Below are positions 52,513 through 64,000 of a stretch of DNA of 64,000 bases, one piece after another. How positions within the stretch are numbered: the first letter of the stretch is position 1; every line of letters begins with the position of its first letter. The notes beneath the pieces were generated by a model. That model was given only the letters and a program-made list of their open reading frames with translations. It was not told where the DNA came from and ran no database searches. Position numbers and translations under genes: made by a program. The DNA lies in assembly GCA_964016885.1 (NCBI GenBank), contig OZ024740.1, forward strand, positions 2,480,001 to 2,544,000. Reading direction: 5' to 3'. The stretch is from Eledone cirrhosa. Lineage: Eukaryota.

Positions 52513-55152
52513 GGAAACCTCAAGGAAAGAAGTATTGAAGCAGAGAAGTATTGTCATGAGAATTATAGACATCATAAAGATGTGAAGCAAACACTTCCTT
52601 TTCGAGGTCACAGAAATGAATCAGCCTACATTCTGGATCTGAATCATGGCATTTTATAGCTACAGTGCTGTTGATGGCAAAATATGACTCTATTATGGCA
52701 GCCCACGTTTCTGCAGCGCAAAACAAGTCTGGATAAAGAATCAAATGATTAGAATAACAAAGAAAGGCCCAAAGTAAAGGCTGTGGTAGACTTGTTACAT
52801 ACTTGAGCAAAACAACCATTAACGTGTTAATCCAAATTATGAAGAATATGATACAAGAAAGAATTGGTCATCAAGCAATATATTATTCTATTGCGGTTTA
52901 TTCAACACAAGATAATTCATCCATCAATCATATTAGCATTGTTATTCGGTATGTACTTAAAGGTGTTTTCTGTGAGTGACTACTTTCAGTTGTGCCAAGT
53001 AAGGATTGTACAGGACAGGGACTTTTTGATCTATTGACTAACGCTACAGAATTTTAAAATTGACCCCCAAAAATGTTTATCTGATAGCACAGATGGTGCT
53101 GCAAGCTATCATAGTGTTATGCCCATGTCTTGAATTTGGTGATAACTGAAACAACAAAATGTTGTGTACCTGCAGTTTCTTTTTTCAATTTGCTCCAGAA
53201 TTTAGCAAGTTTTATAAAGGCGTCATACAAGAGAATGGCTGTATGGATAGAAGTTGTTGGCAAACATCTAGGACAAGAAAAAATGAAATGATTAAAGCTA
53301 ATTGGTGAGACCAAATGGTCAGGAAAATCCAATGCAGCAACAACTATATTTGGACGTTTTAATGATGCCACTGTCAGTACCTTTGTAAGTCTATTGACAT
53401 GATTATTAGTGATGCAAGATTCAGATAAGTTTGATGTAAAAACAAAATATGAAGCAAATATTTTACTTCAAAACTTTCTAAAGTTTGAAACCATATTGAC
53501 AGCATTTACTTACTTGTATATATTTGAAACTACAACCCCGTTATCAAGTTATCTACAAACAAGTGGTTTAGATATATTTACTACATGGAGTTTGGTAGAT
53601 TCAGCTACAACAAAGTTGAAGGGACAGACAGGAACATTTGATAATGTTCACAGCAAGGCTTTGGAATTTGTAAATAAATGTAATGACAAGATTTTACAGA
53701 TGAATATGGATGAAAATCAAATACTGGAAATTGATACTTTGGAAACAACATTGCCAGTTAAAAGACAGGAAGAAAAAAAAATGGCAGATAAGTTTGTTAA
53801 TGATGAAGGAAATTCCTCAGGTTCTCAAGCTGATTTTCAAGTAAATGTGTTTAACCTAATAATGAATCACATTATCCAGCCATTAGAATCACACTGTGTA
53901 CAACACAAACAGTTGTATAGAGATTTATCTTGCTTGGACCCAGCAAAGTTTAGAACTATTGCAGAGAAGGGCCTTGAAGTTGCAGCATTAGATGGTATTA
54001 TTAAGTTGTTTCTACAAATCAGCAAATATCAAGTAAAATTAGAATTGTGTTTTTTTGCTTCAAACTTTGATGTATTAAAGCTATTAAAGCTATTGCTTAA
54101 TGATGGTGAGAATATGGGTTTCATTTGCAACAACTGTAAATTTGCACCACTTTCCCATCGTGTGTACTAAAAATTCTGGCATCCAACAGACTTCATGACA
54201 AGGCATATGATAATCTTTATAAACTTTATAAAATTATCTGTATACTATCAGTTACCCAAGTCCAATGTGAGAGGACATTTTCAAAGCTAAAGATCATAAA
54301 GACAAGGTTAACAAATTCGCTGTCTGAGGAGAACTTGGAATCCTACATGCTGCTATCCATTGAAAAGGAATCGTTAGATGAATTGGATGCTGAAGTAATT
54401 ATTGATAGATTTACACAATCATCCAGTGAACTCGAACGCTTGCTCTTAATATAGTGGACTGCATGTAATACACTTTTGAACTATTTGTTAATGTGTAAAG
54501 TGTGCAGTTCAAGTAAACTATTTTAAAACATACCCCAATAATTTAAACATTTTAAAAATTGGTACATGTATAATATACTGTTATTTTGCACAATTTATAA
54601 GGGCCTTATACAAACAGTTATGGCAAGAGCAGGGGAAACTGAATAATAGACGGATGTAAAATATTAAAAGTAGAAGAAATCAAAACCATGAAAGAAATCT
54701 CCTTTCTAAAGAGCAAACAATCAAATGATGTATATGTATGAAGATGTGGTATCGACTGCAATGGCGTGAATTTTATAAGAAAACATAGTTATCTCTTTGA
54801 CAGTAAAATGTCTTCATTAAAAATATTGAAACTGATTTATAGGAATTTATTTTCAGTTTGGTTAAAACTTTTCAAAATAACAGTATACTATACATCGACA
54901 ATTATTTAAAAATTCCATTATAATATTCTGTATTTACATTTGGTATTACTGTATACTGCCAGTAACATGTATAGTGTATATATACACTATAATTGTTTTA
55001 AAAAAAAGTATACATTTGTTTCGCAGAAATTTTATTGCACTTTTTTGTTTCCAGTTATGTATTTTTTTTAAATGTTCATTCGTTATAAAAATTAAATGAT
55101 AGCATTCTATATATGGGTGGCAACCAGTATTTTGAGACCCAGTCTGCCACTG
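52513..55152 (+). mobile_element. Decayed hAT DNA transposon (ZMYM1-like transposase), right TIR retained
   Basis: DSTDGAASY, CYAHVLNLVI, GETKWSGK, PLSSYLQTSGLD, VTQVQCERTFSKLKIIKTRL (hAT dimerisation region); ends ...CCCAGTCTGCCACTG. Confidence 0.88.
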
Positions 55153-55171
55153 TATATATATATATATATAT

Positions 55172-55816
55172 GACCGAGAGACCATGTTGATACTATGAAG
55201 GACATTTGTCCTAAGCTGCCTGGAATACTTCTCCCAGCTGTGGTCACCCCATAGTGTCAAACTAACCACGGAGCTTGAGGCAATCCAACAAATCTATACC
55301 AAGAGGATTTCCACAATGAAGGAGATAAGCTACTGGCAGAGGCTAAAAGAACTGAAACTCTACTCCTTGGAACGAAGACGGGAGAGATACGCAGTGATCT
55401 ACATGTGGAAAATCCTGGAGGGACTAGCACCAAACTTTGGCATTAAGAGCTGGACAAACCGTTGAACAGGACGTCACTGTGTGATGCCAAAGGTCCTGTC
55501 TTTCACATCTAGAATAAGGAGCAGATATTACAATAGCCTGGGGTTCAAAGGCTCTCAACTGTACAACAAGCAGCCAGAAATTTGAGATATCTGCATGGTG
55601 TGGATGTGGATGTTTTCATGAAACATCTTGACACCTTGCTAGTTAGGATCCCGATTGAGCCCACATTACGGTACAAAAGTAACCTAAGGGCAGCAGCAAC
55701 GAACTCCCTCTTACACCAATGGCCAGCCAACACAGGCTGAAGGGAGAATGTGTAGCAACAAGGGCGGTGCCCCAGTATGGCCTCAGCCGGATGGCTGGAA
55801 CAGGTAAAAGAGTAAG
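55172..55816 (+). mobile_element. CR1-clade LINE 3' fragment
   Basis: LEYFSQLWSP..LEAIQ..YWQRLKELKLYSLERRRERYAVIYMWKILEG. Confidence 0.85.
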
Positions 55817-55870
55817 ATATATACATATATATATATCACATAAGAAACGGAGAATCAGACATATTACAAT

Positions 55871-55961
<91 letters not shown>

Positions 55962-56278
55962 ATATATATATATAGATGTGTATATGTGTGTATATATATA
56001 TATATGTGTGGGTGTGTGTGTGTGTATATATATATATATGTGTGTGTGTGCGTGTGTGTGTGTGTATATAAATATATATATATATGTAGGAGACACGGTG
56101 AAAAGGCTCCCAGTCCACACTGTAAATGTGGTTGGTGTTAGGAAGTACATCCAGCCATAGAAAACCTGCCAGAGACTATTCCGTGCGAGCGACCATTTCC
56201 GCATCAAATGGAACAAAGCCGTTTAACCCACGCTAGCGTGGAAGATGGACGTTAATCGATGATGATGATATATATATA

Positions 56279-56325
<47 letters not shown>

Positions 56326-56373
56326 GTGTGCGTATATATATATATATGTATATATATATATCCACACACACAT

Positions 56374-56462
<89 letters not shown>

Positions 56463-56485
56463 CGCACACATATACATATATATAC

Positions 56486-56516
<31 letters not shown>

Positions 56517-56599
56517 TATATATATATATATCATCATATATATATATACAATTGTAATATGTCTGATTCTCCGTATACATATATATATATTGGAAAATG

Positions 56600-57190
56600 T
56601 GTGTAATCCTTGGTACAGTTAGGTATATTAAGACAGGGGGGGGGAAGAATAAATGGCTTCACTTGTGCTTTCAACAAATTTATTTTCTTCACAAAATCCC
56701 AAAAGAATTTTTTTCCGGATTAGAAAAAATTTTTTTTTTCTTAAAAAAAATTATTTTATAAACTAAGTTAGGTCTTAGGAGTTCTTGGTTAACGTAGGAG
56801 GTATTGTTTCGTTTTTAGAACGACCTTTCACGCTGAGGTGCGCTTGTCAAACTGATGTGTATGTGGTGTGTTGTTCTATATATAGGGATTTAACATGTCT
56901 GTGGTGTGGTGGGGGGTTTTTTCTCCCCCTTTTAATAAGTGTTTGGGTGTAGGTGTGTTGAAAAAGTGTTAATAGCAGTAATGAGTTGAGACGGTGAGTA
57001 GGGTTGGGTGGGGAGAAATGTAGCAAGTGCGGCCTGCCCCGGTCATTGTCGAAAAATTCCTTTATTCAGGGGATTCCTTTGTGTTGAGAATGGTCACAGG
57101 CAAATCGCACCTGCCAAGTTTGTAAACAATTATTTTTTTCTGAAGAATTTTTCTACGTCTATCCCAAAATTAGTCCTTTGTTCAACACAC
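56600..57190 (-). mobile_element. Possible very decayed PLE-derived fragment
   Basis: Minus strand VLNKGL...DVEKFFRK near 57185-57140, and a weak HHR-like remnant near 56655-56700. Confidence 0.3.
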
Positions 57191-57249
57191 ACATATGTGC
57201 GTATATACGTACATACACACACGGGCATATGTAGGAATATATAGGCACA

Positions 57250-57620
57250 CACCATCAATCACACACCCATGTACATATACATCCACATACATACACAAAA
57301 ACATATAAAGACACATATAAAAACACATATACACATACGTACACACACGAATATGTACTCATACCTCCACATGGGTATATATATATATATATATATATAT
57401 ACATACATACATATACATACATATACACACATATAGATACATAACTAAATATACATATATACCCATACACGCACACACACACACACACACGTGTACACCC
57501 CCACACACACATATACATATGTCCGTATATATACCTCCGTTCACACATACATGCATACACACACACACACATACACACATACATATATATACATATATAT
57601 ATAGAGAGAGAGGCATACAT

Positions 57621-57719
<99 letters not shown>

Positions 57720-57898
57720 CATACATATATACATACATATATGTACACATAAACACGTACAGACACATACACACATATACATACATATACACATATACAT
57801 ATATCTATATATATATACATATATATATATATATCTATATACATACACATACACATACACATACAAGTACATACATACACACATACATACACATACAT

Positions 57899-57979
<81 letters not shown>

Positions 57980-58002
57980 TATACATACACACACATACAT
58001 AG

Positions 58003-58044
<42 letters not shown>

Positions 58045-58097
58045 ACACACAAGCACATAAAGACACATATATACATACATATATATATATATATATA
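57250..58097. repeat. Compound (TA)n/(CA)n/(TACA)n microsatellite
   Basis: Low complexity. Similar tracts occur at 3340-3800, 10220-10775, 14610-14735, 21800-21875, 24570-24725, 55875-56560 and 63412-63840. Confidence 0.97.
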
Positions 58098-61000
58098 TAC
58101 GATATTAAACAAATGGAAACTATATTTATAAAACCATATTTATTTCGTTATATATATTTCTGGGATATCATATTAAAAATATGGTATGCCTTCCTCAGAC
58201 AAAATACAATACATAAGCTGTTTTATAAATAATTATCGACATACCTTATAATAATGCAACTTCCATTTAAAAAGTTGATTTGGTAGTGAAACTGTTATGA
58301 CAGTTATATAGAAAGAAAAACGAAGATGAGAAGAAGAAGATGAAGAGATGTATGTAAATAAAAAAAGAAGATGAAGAGATGTATGTAAAGAAAAACAACA
58401 AAGCGAGATAGAGAGACAAGGAGATATGGGAGAGAGAAATACATTGAGGAAGTGAAAAAATATAGTAGGCAGCTTTTGGACAGATGATCATCGTATATGT
58501 GAGAGGTTAAGGAGGGAAGGTATACAGTTAAACTAGCCGACACATAAATCACGTCCAGTGTATAGGAGAAAAAGAAAGAAAGATGATATATTTAAAATAT
58601 ATTAAAAATATATTATGTCTCATCCATTTGAATTATCAATTTTTATGAATTAGGTATTATAATGTAAATATCAGTATTCATGAATGAGACACATATCCAT
58701 AATGTGTGAAAAAAAGGAGGGGAGGTCATTGAGTGGTTTAATGAAATTAAATATAACAATAATAATAAATTTATTCAACTAGATATTGCTAACTACTATT
58801 CATCCATTACCCCTAATCTACTAAATAAGGCACTAAATTACGCATTCAAGCATACAGACCTAACTAGCAATGAAATGCACATTATATTATCGGCAAGGAA
58901 AACTTTGATAGAATTTAATAACCAACTATGGACTAGGGCAGATAGAGATAATAATTTTGACATTACTATGGGATCATCAGACTCAGCTCAGGTAACGGAC
59001 CTTGTGGGCCTATTTATAATTAATTCGCTGCATAGGAAAATACCCGGTGTTACCGGAGGTTTATATAGAGATGACATGCTTTTACTTATTGAAAATAATA
59101 ACTCTGAACTAAATAAGAAAAGAAAACAAATTATACAATTTTTTAATTACCTTAATCTAAAAATAGAAATTGAGAATAACCATAGAATAGTCAATTTCCT
59201 AGACGTAACATTTAATCTCAACACATGTCTTCACTATCCATTTCACAAGTTAAATGAAAACTTGAATTATGTCAATTTTAGCTCCAATCACCACAGATCT
59301 GTCAAAAATACTATAGTGAACTCTGTTCAAAAACGTATCTCTAGAATCTCTTCCAATAAAAATATTTTTGACGAAAAATCCCAGTATTATAATGAAGCTT
59401 TAGCTAGAGCAGGATATAGTGATAAAATTATGTACATCGATAATAGACAAACTAACCAAAATAACAACAATTTTAATTACAGTAACAACTTTAACAACTA
59501 TAATAGAAAGCACTACAATAATTTCAAAAACCAGAAAAGAAATAGAACTAGAAATATAATTTGGTCCCCCCCCCCCCTTTCTCACTAAACATTAAAACCC
59601 ACATCGCTAAACTATTTTTTAATGCTCTTGACAAACGCTTCCCTAGAACACATAAGTATCACTCAATTTTCAATAGACATACTATAAAATTGACGTACTC
59701 GTCCACCAAAAATTTAGCACAAAATATTAATAGAATAAATAATAGGAATATAAAACCTAGCCAAAATACCGAAAATAGCCTAAACAATATTCAAGTAAAA
59801 AACTGTAACTGTAGAGATAGATCTAAATGTCCGCTAAATAACAATTGCTTAGTTAAAAATATAATATACAACTGTAATGTTAGAACTGATTTAAATTCTT
59901 TTAATTATGTTGGTTCCACCTCGACAGAATTTAAACTTCGCTATAATAATCACAAAAATTCTTTCACGGATCCAAATAAAAAATCTTCAACATCGCTGTC
60001 AGGGTTACTCTGGCAACTTAAGCATGATAAAGTTGGATATTCGATGGTTTGGAATATAGTCTCAAAAGGGATTCCTTTTAATTCCTCTTCTGAGACATGT
60101 GACCTCTGCGCGGAGGAGATATTCTTTATACTAAAATCTAAAAATTCCCTTAATTTACGAACCAATTTATTCAGCTGCTGCAGACATAGATTGAACTCAA
60201 CTTTTAAATATAAATATAAATTTAAAATGTAGTATAAAATGTAGTATATTTACTTAAGATATTTAGCTATTTATGAAACTTGGAGATAAATCTTTCGATT
60301 CCTTCAATTTTTTTTAAAACCTTTCTGCATGAATATATAATTAATGAGATTAAATAAACTACCCTAAAATTGGCGTTGTCCCCAATCTTTTGAATACATT
60401 TTTAAGCTGGATAAACTTCTATAATAAATATAAGAGCATTTGTAGAATAAGTTTTGATTGATTTCTGCTAAATAAGGCTTGGTGAACAATTTTGGTTTTG
60501 TTTGCCTTTGATTCTGATTTTATGTGACCGATATGCGTGGCATACTATGTTCTCTTGCGTCCCTTGATACTCTGTGGAGTGACGAAGATATTCTTGGCGT
60601 TTTTAATTTTAATATTGATATCTGTTGTCTACTCTATGCTTGATCGATGATCATGCAAGTGAGGCTGGAATGTTATTTTAAATGTTAATGTATATCTTAC
60701 ATATTTTATGTCTATATATATGTATATATGTATGTAAATGTATGTAGGGTGGAATCTTTTGTAACGCAATGAAGTTTTTCATGAAATATAAGAATTTGTG
60801 GAGCATATCACGTAGGTTCACATGTGTGTCTATATTTATCAACTTGAATTTGAGATTACCTTCTCTTTTCTCTTTTTCTTTTTTCACGAGAATGCATATA
60901 TACTTATGTTTGAAGTTTTATCTCAGATTTTGCTTATAGACCTAAGAATTTTTAAACTAAGCATGTGGTCATTTTTTTCACACATTATGGATATGTGTCT

Positions 61001-61674
61001 CATTCATGAATACTGATATTTACATTATAATACCTAATTCATAAAAATTGATAATTCAAATGGATGAGACATAATATATTTTTAATATATTTTAAATATA
61101 TCATCTTTCTTTCTTTTTCTCCTATACACTGGACGTGATTTATGTGTCGGCTAGTTTAACTGTATACCTTCCCTCCTTAACCTCTCACATATACGATGAT
61201 CATCTGTCCAAAAGCTGCCTACTATATTTTTTCACTTCCTCAATGTATTTCTCTCTCCCATATCTCCTTGTCTCTCTATCTCGCTTTGTTGTTTTTCTTT
61301 ACATACATCTCTTCATCTTCTTTTTTTATTTACATACATCTCTTCATCTTCTTCTTCTCATCTTCGTTTTTCTTTCTATATAACTGTCATAACAGTTTCA
61401 CTACCAAATCAACTTTTTAAATGGAAGTTGCATTATTATAAGGTATGTCGATAATTATTTATAAAACAGCTTATGTATTGTATTTTGTCTGAGGAAGGCA
61501 TACCATATTTTTAATATGATATCCCAGAAATATATATAACGAAATAAATATGGTTTTATAAATATAGTTTCCATTTGTTTAATATCGTAAACCTACTCCA
61601 GAAACTGTTGAGTGCTTTTATATCAGTTATAAAATATTTACTCGTTGTAACCCAACAATCTTAAATAAAACTTT

Positions 61675-61678
<4 letters not shown>
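58098..61678 (+). mobile_element. 5'-truncated Naiad-like PLE with ~618-bp apparently identical inverted pLTRs
   Basis: ORFs 58725-60232 (MGSSDSAQV, GLYRDD, CNCRDRSKCPL, YVGSTSTEFKLRY, CDLC, CRH) with one frameshift in a C-run; arms 58098-58715 and 60972-61589. Confidence 0.94.
61481..61546 (+). ncRNA. Type I hammerhead ribozyme (inverted copy 58141-58206 on -)
   Basis: Stem I UAUUUUGU/ACGAAAUA, CUGAGGA, stem II with CAUAUU/AAUAUG, GAAA-UAUAUA-UA. Confidence 0.8.
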
Positions 61679-61716
<38 letters not shown>

Positions 61717-62130
61717 TAATTTAATATATCAACTAACATAAGCGCACAGATGCACGCCCATGCCAGCAAATACACAGGTTATGTCATAGTACCTAGGTGG
61801 TTCAATGCAGGAGAATGCAGAACAATAATATAAAGGACGTAAAATAAGAAAATATTTTTTTTTTTAAATTTAAAAAAAATTTTTTACTTACTTAAATTTT
61901 CACTCCAACTAATTAGTTTCTGCAATGGGAGTCATCTTACCATCCCATTCCTTCTAACTAGCCTCTGTGTCACGTGATTGATTCTTTAGAATCGGCCATT
62001 TGACTTGAAGCAGTGAGAATTTCGGTACATAGAATCCAGTCCTCGCAAGCTGTTCGATCTACCGAATTATTATTATTTTTATATGAGCCGCCAGTGTCCG
62101 CGCATTGCCTGGAGACTTAACTGAGAATAG

Positions 62131-62212
62131 ACTCCCTGATGACGCAATGAATTCTCGACAGTTGGATTACGTAACTGTCTTTATCCCATTGCAGAAACTA
62201 ATTAGTTGGAGT
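62131..62212 (+). ncRNA. Type I hammerhead, copy 1 of 3
   Basis: ACUCC-CUGAUGA-C-GCAAUG...CAUUGC-A-GAAA-CUAAUUAG-UU-GGAGU. Confidence 0.82.
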
Positions 62213-62241
62213 GAAAATTTAAGTAAGTAAAAAATTTTTTT

Positions 62242-62272
<31 letters not shown>

Positions 62273-62701
62273 TATTTTCTTATTTTACGTCCTTTATATT
62301 ATTGTTCTGCATTCTCCTGCATTGAACCACCTAGGTACTATGACATAACCTGTGTATTTGCTGGCATGGGCGTGCATCTGTGCGCTTATGTTAGTTGATA
62401 TATTAAATTATCTATATTTATCTCCAAATCACTGATTTGTCGAGCAAACTTGCCAAAACCACTTCTAAAAAAATTTTTTTTTGGGGTGTTAGTAGGCGTC
62501 AGTCATCTTACCATCCCATTCCTTCTAACTAGCCTCTGTGTCACGTGATTGATTCTTTAGAATCGGCCATTTGACTTGAAGCAGTGAGAATTTCGGTACA
62601 TAGAATCCAGTCCTCGCAAGCTGTTCGATCTACCGAATTATTATTATTTTTATATGAGCCGCCAGTGTCCGCGCATTGCCTGGAGACTTAACTGAGAATA
62701 G

Positions 62702-62783
62702 ACTCCCTGATGACGCAATGAATTCTCGACAGTTGGATTACGTAACTGTCTTTATCCCATTGCAGAAACTAATTAGTTGGAGT
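62702..62783 (+). ncRNA. Type I hammerhead, copy 2 of 3
   Basis: Identical to 62131-62212. Confidence 0.82.
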
Positions 62784-63257
62784 GAAAATTTAAGTAAGTA
62801 AAAAATTTTTTTTAAATTTAAAAAAAAAATATTTTCTTATTTTACGTCCTTTATATTATTGTTCTGCATTCTCCTGCATTGAACCACCTAGGTACTATGA
62901 CATAACCTGTGTATCTGCTGGCATGGGCGTGCATCTGTGCGCTTATGTTAGTTGATATATTAAATTATCTATATTTATCTCCAAATCACTGATTTGTCGA
63001 GCAAACTTGCCAAAACCACTTCTAAAAAAATTTTTTTTTGGGTGTTAGTAGGCGTCAGTCATCTTACCATCCCATTCCTTCTAACTAGCCTCTGTGTCAC
63101 GTGATTGATTCTTTAGAATCGGCCATTTGACTTGAAGCAGTGAGAATTTCGGTACATAGAATCCAGTCCTCGCAAGCTGTTCGATCTACCGAATTATTAT
63201 TATTTTTATATGAGCCGCCAGTGTCCGCGCATTGCCTGGAGACTTAACTGAGAATAG

Positions 63258-63339
63258 ACTCCCTGATGACGCAATGAATTCTCGACAGTTGGATTACGTA
63301 ACTGTCTTTATCCCATTGCAGAAACTAATTAGTTGGAGT
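63258..63339 (+). ncRNA. Type I hammerhead, copy 3 of 3
   Basis: Identical to 62131-62212. Confidence 0.82.
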
Positions 63340-63408
63340 GAAAATTTAAGTAAGTAAAAAATTTTTTTTAAATTTAAAAAAAAAAAAAATATTTTCTTAT
63401 TTTACGTC

Positions 63409-63457
<49 letters not shown>

Positions 63458-63591
63458 TATACATACATCTACATACATACATACATATACACATACAGAA
63501 ACATACACATATGTACACACATATATACATATATGCACATACATACACACACATATATATAGATACATACATATACATACACACACATATA

Positions 63592-63635
<44 letters not shown>

Positions 63636-64000
63636 TATATACACAAACATACACATACATACATATATATATATATACATATATATACACACATACACAC
63701 ACATATATTTATATATACACACACACATACAAACATACACACATCCATACATATATATACACACACACATACACACACCCACATAATGTATACCCACACG
63801 TACATACATCCATACATACCTACACACATATATGTGTGTGTCTCACCGTTCACTCAGATATTCATGTGTACACATATGAAGAGGGGGGGGGGGGGTTAGT
63901 GAAATGGAATTTTACCTCCAAGTGTTAATTCATTTTTTTGTGTTCAGTAGTGGTTTAAATTTTTCAATGAAGAATTCTTCTTTATATCTGCGGAAATGTT

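Larger units (their letters stand above)
61712..63415 (+). mobile_element. Retrozyme-like ORF-less tandem array (2.6 units of ~556-571 bp) with inverted head
   Basis: Units start at 61931, 62502 and 63058; one HHR per unit; 61712-61930 is the inverse of 62185-62416; (TA)n on both flanks. Confidence 0.9.

Noticed and set aside
53409-54170. Host ZMYM1-like gene
   Set aside because: Multiple stops and frameshifts around it and a hAT-type TIR at 55152 indicate a transposon relic.
58098-61589. Cut-and-paste DNA transposon with long TIRs
   Set aside because: The cargo is a 5'-truncated PLE RT/GIY-YIG and the repeats are HHR-bearing pLTRs.

Overview
Eukaryotic, AT-rich, gene-free repeat desert, probably a coleoid cephalopod such as Octopus (inferred from the tRNA-head/RTE-tail SINEs, RTE LINEs and very long (TA)n/(CA)n tracts). 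I see no host protein-coding gene. The window is a mosaic of about 10 Penelope-like element (PLE) copies from several lineages, two RTE families, CR1 and L1/Tx1 fragments, a decayed hAT transposon, SINEs, a U6 snRNA pseudogene and two TE-derived tandem arrays (48 bp and 27 bp units). The main hidden layer is RNA structure. By hand I read about 20 type I hammerhead ribozyme (HHR) motifs from roughly 14 unrelated sequence families. They sit in PLE pseudo-LTRs and in small ORF-less elements inserted in (TA)n, including a retrozyme-like ~556-571 bp tandem array at 61.7-63.4 kb. Most HHR-bearing elements carry an inverted duplicate of their own end, and in several unrelated families the inversion breakpoint lies a few nt 5' of the HHR GAAA core. 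All calls are by eye; no searches or folding software were run.
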